Shown here piece by piece: positions 38,204 through 45,906 of a DNA stretch of 64,000 nucleotides. This DNA comes from a virus. A program made the position numbers and the translations under genes. The notes beneath the pieces are model-generated. The model saw only the letters and a list, made by a program, of their open reading frames with translations, had not been told where the DNA came from and did no database searches. The stretch's first letter is position 1. The number at the start of each line of letters is the position of its first letter. The stretch covers positions 14,524 through 78,523 of IMG/VR virus record IMGVR_UViG_3300045988_133226; one strand, 5' to 3'.

Positions 38204-38431
38204 GGTGCAAGGTATTAAATGAGAAGATTAATTTGGTATATAAGATCTTGTTTTTGTAAGCATGATTGGGAGTTAATATTTGATACCCGCTACGAAGAAG
38301 AATCTTATGGTAAATGGTACGACATTATTACAACTAAAGGTAGGCAAAAGGTTTATCGTTGTAAAAAATGTGGTTGCGAAAAAAGATATAGAACGTAAAA
38401 TCTGAGTTTGATGTAAAGTGAGGTGATTAAG

Positions 38432-38752
38432 ATGGGACCCAATATTAATTTTGCAATTGCATATGCGATAGGATGTCTTATTGTTGAAGTTATTGTGATT
38501 CTAAGATATGAAAAAAAGATAGATAAATTAAGGGAATCGAATAGAAGACTGATTCTTGATAATATATCGTACAGAGCTGTTTTAAGCGTAACGCCAAACA
38601 CTACATATAATAAGGAAGAAACTCGTTCAGATGTTAAGGACGCAGTAAAGTATGCAATGAAGAAAAGTCATCCAGATAATGGTGGCAGCGCAGATGATTT
38701 TAGAAAATTCAGAGAGTTATATGAAGAAATGGAAGGTAAGACTCATGAGTAA
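38432..38752 (+). CDS. membrane protein with C-terminal J-domain-like segment (HPD motif)
   Basis: ATG 38432 after GTGAGGTGattaag; N-terminal TM helix; VKDAVKYAMKKSHPDNGGSADDFRKFRELYEEM resembles a DnaJ J-domain helix II-III with the HPD tripeptide. Confidence 0.35.
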   Translation: MGPNINFAIAYAIGCLIVEVIVILRYEKKIDKLRESNRRLILDNISYRAVLSVTPNTTYNKEETRSDVKDAVKYAMKKSHPDNGGSADDFRKFRELYEEMEGKTHE

Positions 38753-38933
38753 ACAAGACTCATTAAAGTTTCTGCAAAGTCTGATTGATGAAATTAGAAA
38801 CGGTTTAACAAAAAAAGATATTGAGCGAGGTCAGAAGTTGATGGAGAAAATAGAAAAAGAAGAACCAAAAGAGGTTGAAAATAGTGATGGGTATTGGGAA
38901 TTTATAATGCCAGATGGTAAAGGAGTGAAGTAG
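38743..38933 (+). CDS. hypothetical small protein
   Basis: ATG 38743 after GAAGGtaagactc; the ORF-track start at 38679 overlaps the upstream gene. Confidence 0.35.
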
Positions 38934-38935
38934 AT

Positions 38936-40564
38936 ATGGCTAAAAAACAAAATAAAAACACGATGCAGATCAATAGAAAAATTACTTTAATTCCAGTTGC
39001 AAGTGACAATGATGGTTGGAAGAAGAAGATGAATATATATCTTGAAAAATTTTATTTTGACAAGAAAATTAAAGCCAAAGAAAGACAAATCAAAAATACG
39101 AGTAAACCAGAAAGAAAAGAAGAATACAAACAGCAGCTTACAGAATATAAAAAGCAACAAGAACAGTTCTTAAATGGTGAGCTTGAAGATTATACAAAGC
39201 AGATGGTTATGAGTTATACATATGATTTGGTAAGAGACTGTATGGAAAGTGAAGCAAGACAGAAGAATTTCATAATGTCTTATATGTTCTCAGAGATGAT
39301 CAGAGAAAAGGTCTGCTACTTAAAAAACAAGAAAGAAAAGGAAAAATGGGTAAATGACAATATCAATGTTGCATTTAGAGTTAAAGGATCACCAAAGGGA
39401 AGTATCTTTGACGATGTTGAGATTTATAGTCCATTAAGAGCATTGAGTATTCAGGGATATACTCAGGAATTAAAGGGGAGAGTTAAGAAATTCGCCACTG
39501 ATGGTGGGTTAGATGGGAAGTTGGCAGTCGATAATTATAAATTAGATTCGCCATTTCATATGTCAAAGCAAGGATTTGATATTGTTCATGAATATGAAGA
39601 CTTGACAGAGCTTAAAAAGAATATTGGTAAATCAAGTTGTGAAATATATGTGAATCTTGGCAACGGTGGCGTTCCTACATTCGCAAGATTCCAATTAGAT
39701 TTTGGGCATAAAGGAAATCGAGAAGAGTTAATTTCTACAATTACAAAAGTATTTACTGGTGAATATAAAGTATGCGGAAGTTCAATTCAGATTAATAAAA
39801 AGAATAAGATTATATTAAATCTTGGACTTGAAATTCCAAAAAGACTTACTGAATTAGATGAAAACACGGTAGTTGGAGTCGATCTTGGGTTAGCAGTTCT
39901 AGCTGTATGCTCTTTAAATAATAATCAGTATAAGAAAGAGTATATTGGTGACGGAGAAGCTTTTGTAAAACAGCGAGGCAAAATTCAAAAAGAAAAACAG
40001 AGATTACAAAAAGCATTAAAACTTTCAAAGGGTGGACATGGAAGAAAAAGAAAAATGTTAGCCTTAGAAAGATTCAAGGAAAGAGAAGCAAATTTTGTAA
40101 ATACTTATTGTCATAGAATCAGTAAAAAAGTTGTTGAATATGCACTTAAGAATAATGCCAAATATATCAATATTGAGAATTTAAAAGGATATGATTCTAG
40201 TAAATTTATTCTGAGAAATTGGAGTTTTTACCAGCTTCAGCAAGATATTACATATAAAGCAGAAAGATATGGTATTGAAGTAAGAAAAATCAATCCTGCA
40301 TTTACTTCTCAAGTATGTAGTTTCTGTGGACATTGGGAATCTGGACAGAGAATAAATCAGAAAACTTTTAAATGCGGGAATCCAAATTGCAAGAGTCATA
40401 ATCTTAAATTTTTTAACGCTGATTATAATGCTGCAAGAAATATTGCAATGTCAACATTATTTACGAGTGATAAATATAAGTTCGGAGAAGAATCTTTGCA
40501 AAAGGCAGCAGACTATTACGGAATTGACTTAGAAATTGATTCTGACGATCAAGAAATTGCTTAA
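38936..40564 (+). CDS. compact type V CRISPR effector-like RuvC nuclease (Cas12f/TnpB-like, 542 aa)
   Basis: RuvC-I TVVGVDLGLAVLA (Asp316, nt 39881-39883); RuvC-II KYINIENLKG (Glu414, nt 40175-40177); INPAFTSQVCSFCGH...CGNPNC zinc finger; RuvC-III FFNADYNAARNIA (Asp496, nt 40421-40423); RBS AAAGGAGtgaagtagatATG; followed by CRISPR mini-arrays on the same strand. Confidence 0.75.
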   Translation: MAKKQNKNTMQINRKITLIPVASDNDGWKKKMNIYLEKFYFDKKIKAKERQIKNTSKPERKEEYKQQLTEYKKQQEQFLNGELEDYTKQMVMSYTYDLVRDCMESEARQKNFIMSYMFSEMIREKVCYLKNKKEKEKWVNDNINVAFRVKGSPKGSIFDDVEIYSPLRALSIQGYTQELKGRVKKFATDGGLDGKLAVDNYKLDSPFHMSKQGFDIVHEYEDLTELKKNIGKSSCEIYVNLGNGGVPTFARFQLDFGHKGNREELISTITKVFTGEYKVCGSSIQINKKNKIILNLGLEIPKRLTELDENTVVGVDLGLAVLAVCSLNNNQYKKEYIGDGEAFVKQRGKIQKEKQRLQKALKLSKGGHGRKRKMLALERFKEREANFVNTYCHRISKKVVEYALKNNAKYINIENLKGYDSSKFILRNWSFYQLQQDITYKAERYGIEVRKINPAFTSQVCSFCGHWESGQRINQKTFKCGNPNCKSHNLKFFNADYNAARNIAMSTLFTSDKYKFGEESLQKAADYYGIDLEIDSDDQEIA

Positions 40565-40633
40565 ATTATCGACTGTATATGGCATGTTTTGGATGAGGTG
40601 CCGAACTTCATCGATCATAGAATATATGATTAT

Positions 40634-40669
40634 GCCAAAAGTGAGGTGTGAAAATGCACTCACTAAAAT
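40634..40669 (+). ncRNA. conserved hairpin element, copy 1 (GCCAAAAGTGAG-loop-CTCACTAAAAT); candidate array leader or tracr-like RNA
   Basis: one of four copies with an invariant 6-bp stem AGTGAG/CTCACT and a variable 11-13 nt loop, each 23-57 nt upstream of a mini-array. Confidence 0.4.
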
Positions 40670-40725
40670 TTGTGTAATTGAATAAAGCATAAAGTTTTGC
40701 GTTGTATACATAATAAAGATTTGAG

Positions 40726-40827
40726 GTTTTAGAACAATTGAAATTTACACAGATACAAAACAGTGCAGGAATGTTGATACCAGATAGTAATGTTTTAGAA
40801 CCACTAGACATTATATAATCATAAAAT
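40726..40827 (+). CRISPR. CRISPR mini-array 1: 36-nt repeat / 30-nt spacer / 3'-degenerate terminal repeat
   Basis: R1 GTTTTAGAACAATTGAAATTTACACAGATACAAAAC (40726-40761); spacer AGTGCAGGAATGTTGATACCAGATAGTAAT (40762-40791); terminal repeat GTTTTAGAACcactagacatt... keeps only the 5' part. Confidence 0.6.
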
Positions 40828-40994
40828 ATAGTATTAAACAAACATTTACGTAAATATTAAGAATATTTTAGTGTTTACGATAATATATGCAGGCTGATAA
40901 AGCCTGTTGTAGTTGCACAAAGTATTGTGCATGGCACGTTTCGAGAAATATTATCGCCAATATAGTATTTCTGGTCACGGAGTATCGTGACTGT

Positions 40995-41028
40995 GCCAAA
41001 AGTGAGATTATATGATACTCACTAAAAT
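40995..41028 (+). ncRNA. conserved hairpin element, copy 2
   Basis: GCCAAAAGTGAGattatatgataCTCACTAAAAT. Confidence 0.4.
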
Positions 41029-41070
41029 GTATGTTGTTAGGTCTTTATATTGGTCAGTATGGGATTTGAG

Positions 41071-41238
41071 GGTTAAGACCTATCAAAAATAACATACGTA
41101 CGAAACGCATTTATCGGGTCATAAATCAATAACTTTGGTTAAGACCTATCAAAAATAACATACGTACGAAACTTGATTGAATCATCCTTTGAGATGTTAG
41201 GCAGTCAAGACCTATTAAAAAATAAAAGATGTGTTTGG
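41071..41238 (+). CRISPR. CRISPR mini-array 2: two identical 36-nt repeats, two 30-nt spacers, degenerate terminal repeat
   Basis: GGTTAAGACCTATCAAAAATAACATACGTACGAAAC at 41071-41106 and 41137-41172; spacers GCATTTATCGGGTCATAAATCAATAACTTT and TTGATTGAATCATCCTTTGAGATGTTAGGC; terminal repeat AGTCAAGACCTATTAAAAAAT... is 3'-degenerate. Confidence 0.75.
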
Positions 41239-41311
41239 TTAAATTAAAATTGCACATTATGTGTATGGTGTGTTTTGGAGATTATATCTCGTTCATCGAA
41301 TAGATGGATAC

Positions 41312-41346
41312 GCCAAAAGTGAGGTTTGGATAACACTCACTAAAAT
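41312..41346 (+). ncRNA. conserved hairpin element, copy 3
   Basis: GCCAAAAGTGAGgtttggataacaCTCACTAAAAT. Confidence 0.4.
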
Positions 41347-41385
41347 CTATGTGATTATGTAACAAAGTTAGACAAAAGAATTTGG

Positions 41386-41487
41386 GTTTGATACTTATTA
41401 AAAATTACATAGGTACAAAACGTTTGTGTTTTATAGTCATGCAATGAAGCAGATTGATACCTATAAAAATTGTATTTTAATACATGG
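41386..41487 (+). CRISPR. CRISPR mini-array 3: repeat / 30-nt spacer / degenerate repeat
   Basis: GTTTGATACTTATTAAAAATTACATAGGTACAAAAC (41386-41421); spacer GTTTGTGTTTTATAGTCATGCAATGAAGCA; terminal GATTGATACCTATAAAAATTgtattttaatacatgg. Confidence 0.55.
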
Positions 41488-41530
41488 CGTGTTCTGGAGA
41501 ATTTATCTCGCTTATTTATTTGATAAGTAC

Positions 41531-41565
41531 GCCAAAAAGTGAGACCGAGTGGTACTCACTAAAAT
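41531..41565 (+). ncRNA. conserved hairpin element, copy 4
   Basis: GCCAAAAAGTGAGaccgagtggtaCTCACTAAAAT. Confidence 0.4.
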
Positions 41566-41587
41566 CTATGTTAATTGAATATTTGAG

Positions 41588-41689
41588 GTACAAGACCTAG
41601 CAGATTTAACATAGGTACAGAACCCCTCATCTGTAAGGATTTCATCTAACTCAGTACAAGACCTATCAAATTTAACAAAATCAAAAGGA
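41588..41689 (+). CRISPR. CRISPR mini-array 4: repeat / 30-nt spacer / degenerate repeat
   Basis: GTACAAGACCTAGCAGATTTAACATAGGTACAGAAC (41588-41623); spacer CCCTCATCTGTAAGGATTTCATCTAACTCA; terminal GTACAAGACCTATCAAATTTAACAaaatcaaaagga. Confidence 0.6.
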
Positions 41690-41702
41690 AATTAAACGAA
41701 AA

Positions 41703-41869
41703 ATGAAATCAAAACAACAACGTGAACAGGAAATAAAACGATTCTTTGATCGGTTGAGTCCGCAGGAATTGGACGCACTGTTAGAAAGAAATGGAATCAA
41801 TGATAAAGAGTCAAAAGAGGCTCTTTCATATAGAATTATTAAAGAAGAAATTGAGAAAGGAGAGATATA
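41703..41869 (+). CDS. hypothetical small protein (55 aa)
   Basis: ORF below the track cutoff immediately after array 4; weak RBS. Confidence 0.3.
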
Positions 41870-42217
41870 ATGAACCACTTCTTATATATTGAATCACGGG
41901 AAGAAGAGAATACATCCCTCGATTCTAAACGTGTTTTATTAAATGAAGAAAATTACAAACATATTATTTCATCATTAGATCATTATCCACCGACGGCAGA
42001 TGAAGTTAAGAGAGCAATTTGTATTTTGATAGGACGATTGATCTATAGAAGCGTTTGGAATATGGAATCTGATATTGATAGTTTAAATATGAGTTTATCC
42101 CCGCCAAAAGAAATGACGGTTGCAGAAATCGAAAAAGAACTCGGTCATAAAGTAAAAATTGTAGAGGAGAAAGAATGCCAATGGCAAAAAAGAAACAAGG
42201 AATGTCGTTTGAAATGA
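41870..42217 (+). CDS. hypothetical protein
   Basis: RBS GGAGAGatataATG. Confidence 0.45.
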   Translation: MNHFLYIESREEENTSLDSKRVLLNEENYKHIISSLDHYPPTADEVKRAICILIGRLIYRSVWNMESDIDSLNMSLSPPKEMTVAEIEKELGHKVKIVEEKECQWQKRNKECRLK

Positions 42218-42486
42218 TGATGCAAAATATGGAAATTAATCCAAGACAATTGTATCGTCGTAGTTCGTGGAAGAAGACACGAACAACTTATGATTATGTG
42301 TTTATGATGTGCGAAGAAGAATTAAATGAGATTATTCCATTTGATAAAAAATATAAAATGAAACCACTCTTATGTAGAGACCAAAATGGAGTTATAACAT
42401 TGGGATGGTTGCCTACACAAGAGGATATTTTCGCAAATGATTGGGTTGAGCAAGGATGGGATTTTAACAGTAAAAGGAAGAGGTGA
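42175..42486 (+). CDS. hypothetical protein
   Basis: RBS GAGGAGaaagaATG; overlaps the upstream gene by about 40 nt. Confidence 0.4.
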   Translation: MPMAKKKQGMSFEMMMQNMEINPRQLYRRSSWKKTRTTYDYVFMMCEEELNEIIPFDKKYKMKPLLCRDQNGVITLGWLPTQEDIFANDWVEQGWDFNSKRKR

Positions 42487-42494
42487 GTAATTAA

Positions 42495-42779
42495 TTGAAT
42501 TTTATAAAAGCAATGACTGCAATAAAAAAAGACAAAACGACTATAAGAAGAGGCATTTGGGGAAAGGAAAAGTATTTGAAAATTTATTCGTCAGAATTAA
42601 CTAATGTTTATTTTGAGTGTAATGATATGGGTGAATATAAGCCAGATTCAATTATTTTTTTATTTGATAAAGAAAACGCAGAAGTTTGGATACCTCTTGC
42701 GGAAGATGTATATGCAGATGACTGGGAAATATATGTTGAGTCAATTAATAAAGGTGAGCAGATAAAGGAGGAAAAATAA
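42495..42779 (+). CDS. hypothetical protein
   Basis: TTG start after AGGAAGAGGTGAG (or ATG at 42513). Confidence 0.4.
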   Translation: MNFIKAMTAIKKDKTTIRRGIWGKEKYLKIYSSELTNVYFECNDMGEYKPDSIIFLFDKENAEVWIPLAEDVYADDWEIYVESINKGEQIKEEK

Positions 42780-43732
42780 TGAAGTGTTTTTATCATGTTG
42801 ATCAAGACGGAATCGTGTCTGGATTCTACGTCAGAAAAGCTTGTGAACAGCGAGGTTTAGCATTTGAACCAGAGGACTTCCGAAAAATTAATTACGGTAT
42901 GAAATTCCCGTTTCATGACATTGAGCAGGATGAATTTGTGTTTATTGTAGACTACAGTATTGAGCCAGAAGAGATGTGGCAGTTGCTCAGTATTACAAAG
43001 AATGTATTTTGGATCGACCATCATCAGTCTACGATTGAAGCGTATAAAGATTTCAAGTGTGATGTAAAAGGAATCAGAATTACTGGAGCGGGTATTTCAG
43101 GAGCGAATTTGACATGGTTATATTTTAAATATATGTGTGATGAAAATTGGGAGCAAATTGAGAGGACGGATGAGAAAAATGTAAAAAGATTACTCAATAT
43201 ATATAAATATAAAGCAGATTATCCAAAACTGGCAGAATATACAGCCATGTGGGATACATTTTATTTTGGTGAAACGTCAAAACAATTCGTAAAAGCATTT
43301 CACTATGCATTTGAATCGTATGATTTTGATGCGTTAAGTCCATTGCTAAACACGTTAAATAAAGATCAAGGAATTTATGAAGCAGCAAAAATTATTGGTG
43401 ATATGATAGCAGATGGCTTATCAATTATTGAGTATTTAGCAGCAAATGCAGAACAATATCTTAGAGCATATGGTTTTGAAACCATATTTGAGGGACATAA
43501 AGTCTATGCAATCAACAGAGCGTTAATCAATTCTGATTTCTTCGAATCTATTGATGCTTCTAAATACGATATGTTTATCGGTTTTTCATTCAATGGAAGT
43601 ATGTGGGAATATCAGCTACGATCCGCAGAACAAGATAAAGTAAATGTGTATGAGCTTGCTGTGAAATATGGTGGTGGCGGTCATCCAAATGCAGCTGGGT
43701 TCAGATGTGATAAATATGTATTAGGAGTGTGA
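42779..43732 (+). CDS. DHH/DHHA1-family phosphoesterase (NrnA-like nanoRNase / pAp phosphatase-like)
   Basis: motif I HVDQDGIVSGFY, motif III VFWIDHHQST (DHH), DHHA1 motif YGGGGHPNAAGF; 317 aa, typical NrnA size; RBS AAAGGAGGaaaaataATG. Confidence 0.65.
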   Translation: MKCFYHVDQDGIVSGFYVRKACEQRGLAFEPEDFRKINYGMKFPFHDIEQDEFVFIVDYSIEPEEMWQLLSITKNVFWIDHHQSTIEAYKDFKCDVKGIRITGAGISGANLTWLYFKYMCDENWEQIERTDEKNVKRLLNIYKYKADYPKLAEYTAMWDTFYFGETSKQFVKAFHYAFESYDFDALSPLLNTLNKDQGIYEAAKIIGDMIADGLSIIEYLAANAEQYLRAYGFETIFEGHKVYAINRALINSDFFESIDASKYDMFIGFSFNGSMWEYQLRSAEQDKVNVYELAVKYGGGGHPNAAGFRCDKYVLGV

Positions 43733-43735
43733 TGT

Positions 43736-44539
43736 ATGTCAAGGAAAAATACAAGAGAAATTGAACTTGCTTTTAGTAAAAACAGAGATCCAGATTGGGA
43801 AGCCGATGTGGAAATTTATAGAAGAAGAAAGTTCGAAGTAGTGCGTGGTATTTGTCTGGGAGATGAGTTTGCTGAAATTGAGTCTTTAGAATACAAAAAT
43901 TGTGACGAGTTAGATGAAATGTATTATTGTTTTGATTATAATTTAAAAATACTTATGCAGTCTTATTTGTATGAATATACAGATTATGTGCCAATCGAAA
44001 CAATGCATATTACATCTCCTGCAATATTGTGTTGTGATGAAATTGTATTAAAAAACGGTGAGAAAATTTCTATTGATAACATATGTATTGATAAATCAAA
44101 TGGCAATGAAGTTTATAAATTATATTCTAATAGTACATATACAGATGATGTATATTATGAATCTACTAAAGCATTAGTTTATGAATTGGCTAGTAAAGAT
44201 GTTTGCAAGGCTATACATATAATGAAAGATATGATGGACAAAGCGTATATAAAAGCAAGAAATGAACGAAGCATACATCCTTTTATTAGCCACTTGTTTA
44301 ACGACCCTCCAATTCCATGTATTAAAAATAAATATTCTATACATGATTTAGTAATGGGTACATTAAAATGCAGTGGTGATATTTATAAAGAAATAAACAA
44401 AGAAGTCCCAAATGCTATAGATATGATTGTGCCTCATCCTGGAAGACATGCAGAGTATTATTTTGGGTTAGATTATACAGATGAAGTAGAGCAATTTATT
44501 AAAGAACAGGAGGCTAAGAAATGTGAAGAAACTAAATGA
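43736..44539 (+). CDS. hypothetical protein
   Basis: RBS tAGGAGtgtgatgtATG. Confidence 0.5.
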   Translation: MSRKNTREIELAFSKNRDPDWEADVEIYRRRKFEVVRGICLGDEFAEIESLEYKNCDELDEMYYCFDYNLKILMQSYLYEYTDYVPIETMHITSPAILCCDEIVLKNGEKISIDNICIDKSNGNEVYKLYSNSTYTDDVYYESTKALVYELASKDVCKAIHIMKDMMDKAYIKARNERSIHPFISHLFNDPPIPCIKNKYSIHDLVMGTLKCSGDIYKEINKEVPNAIDMIVPHPGRHAEYYFGLDYTDEVEQFIKEQEAKKCEETK

Positions 44540-45074
44540 TGAACAGCGAAAGCTGATTGAAGATAATTATTCTTTGATTTGGCATTTGCATGAGAAGTAT
44601 TTTACAAAATTTAAAGATTTTGATACATATATGGATCTTGGTCGTATGGCAATTTGCAAAGCAGCATTAAAATGGGATGAGTCTAAAGGTAATTTTGGGA
44701 CGTATTTTAGATGGGTATTACAGTCAGAAATTAATAAATATTATATAAAATGGCATAGCCCAACAGAGAAAATGAACAGAAATGCGGAATCATTGGATGC
44801 ACCTGTTGACGAAAGAGTTGACGCAGAAGAATTAACAATTGGTAGTTTGCTTGTGAGTAACGATGACATAGAGAGTCAAGCACTAACAACAGTATATTAT
44901 CAAGGAGAATTTAACAAATTATCAGACAAGCAGAAGAAAATTATATATATGTTACTTGATGATATTGAGCATAAATACATAGCCAAAGAATTTGGAAAGA
45001 GTATTCAATGGGTAAGTTGGCAACTTGGTAATATTAAAAAAATAATGCATAGGGCAAAGGCGGTGAGATCATGA
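44523..45074 (+). CDS. sigma-70 family RNA polymerase sigma factor (compact, region 2 + region 4)
   Basis: region 2-like LIWHLHEKYF...DLGRMAICKAALKWDESKGNFGTYFRWVLQSEINKY; C-terminal HTH IAKEFGKSIQWVSWQLGNIKKIM; RBS cAGGAGGctaagaaATG. Confidence 0.6.
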   Translation: MKKLNDEQRKLIEDNYSLIWHLHEKYFTKFKDFDTYMDLGRMAICKAALKWDESKGNFGTYFRWVLQSEINKYYIKWHSPTEKMNRNAESLDAPVDERVDAEELTIGSLLVSNDDIESQALTTVYYQGEFNKLSDKQKKIIYMLLDDIEHKYIAKEFGKSIQWVSWQLGNIKKIMHRAKAVRS

Positions 45075-45904
45075 CAATTGAAGAAGTGAAAGATTACATA
45101 AACTCGTCTACAGAGTATGATTTTTTGCGAGATTATCCTCATAAAATCGCTTTTCTCACACTAGGTGGAAGTTATGCTTACGGAACAAATACAGAGGATT
45201 CTGACATTGATTTACGTGGTGTTTTCCTTAGTGATAAAAGAGAGATTTTGTTGAATAATAATCAGAACAATCTTGAGAAGACCGACGATCATAAAGATGT
45301 TGATACTGTGCTACATTCGCATATTAAGATGATCAATATGCTTGCAAAGGGTAATCCTACGTTTTTAGAGCTGTTATATTTTGCGCCAGACCGCTATTTA
45401 TATGTATCTGATATTGGTATGGAACTGATCAAAAATAGAGATATGTTTTTATCTAAGAGAGTTTATCATGCATATAAAGGATATATATGCGATTGTCTGA
45501 CTCGAACGAGTTTTAAGTATTATAAAAATAAAGATTCAGAGAAAGAAAAGCAAAAGGCAGAACGATACGCTAATAAATCAATGATGCATGCAGTTCGATT
45601 ATTGTTGCAGGGTATTGAATTATTACATAACGGAACAATGTTTGGGTCTATGGACGACATAGGAAAAGATCTTGTAAAGATCAAAGAAGGGTATAATAGT
45701 ACGCATAAAACATATAGATTTAGCAAACACAATGAGCATACAGAATATTTCCCAAATCAGTCATACGATGTTTTTATTGAAGGATTACTTTATCAATTTG
45801 ATTATGATTATATGAATACTGATTTGCCAGACGAACCAGACTGGGATCGTATCAATAACTTCTTGATGACAACAAATGAACGAATTGTGAGAGGAATGGT
45901 GTAA
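45071..45904 (+). CDS. polymerase-beta-superfamily nucleotidyltransferase-fold protein
   Basis: N-terminal LTLGGSYAYGTNTEDSDIDLRGVF fits the h-G-[GS]-x9-13-D-h-[DE]-h NTase signature; 277 aa (KNTase/LinB size range). Confidence 0.5.
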   Translation: MTIEEVKDYINSSTEYDFLRDYPHKIAFLTLGGSYAYGTNTEDSDIDLRGVFLSDKREILLNNNQNNLEKTDDHKDVDTVLHSHIKMINMLAKGNPTFLELLYFAPDRYLYVSDIGMELIKNRDMFLSKRVYHAYKGYICDCLTRTSFKYYKNKDSEKEKQKAERYANKSMMHAVRLLLQGIELLHNGTMFGSMDDIGKDLVKIKEGYNSTHKTYRFSKHNEHTEYFPNQSYDVFIEGLLYQFDYDYMNTDLPDEPDWDRINNFLMTTNERIVRGMV

Positions 45905-45906
45905 AA

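Noticed and set aside
38936-40564. Interpreting the RuvC protein as an IS200/IS605 TnpB with an omega-RNA
   Set aside because: No Y1 transposase (TnpA) and no IS-end hairpins flank it. The downstream DNA has bona fide repeat–spacer–repeat units with 3'-degenerate terminal repeats rather than a single omega-RNA overlapping the gene's 3' end. A TnpB-derived origin is still likely at the evolutionary level.
40726-40761. The repeat of array 1 starts with GTTTTAGA, like the S. pyogenes Cas9 repeat
   Set aside because: Coincidental 8-nt similarity. No Cas9, Cas1 or Cas2 is present and the effector is RuvC-only (type V-like).
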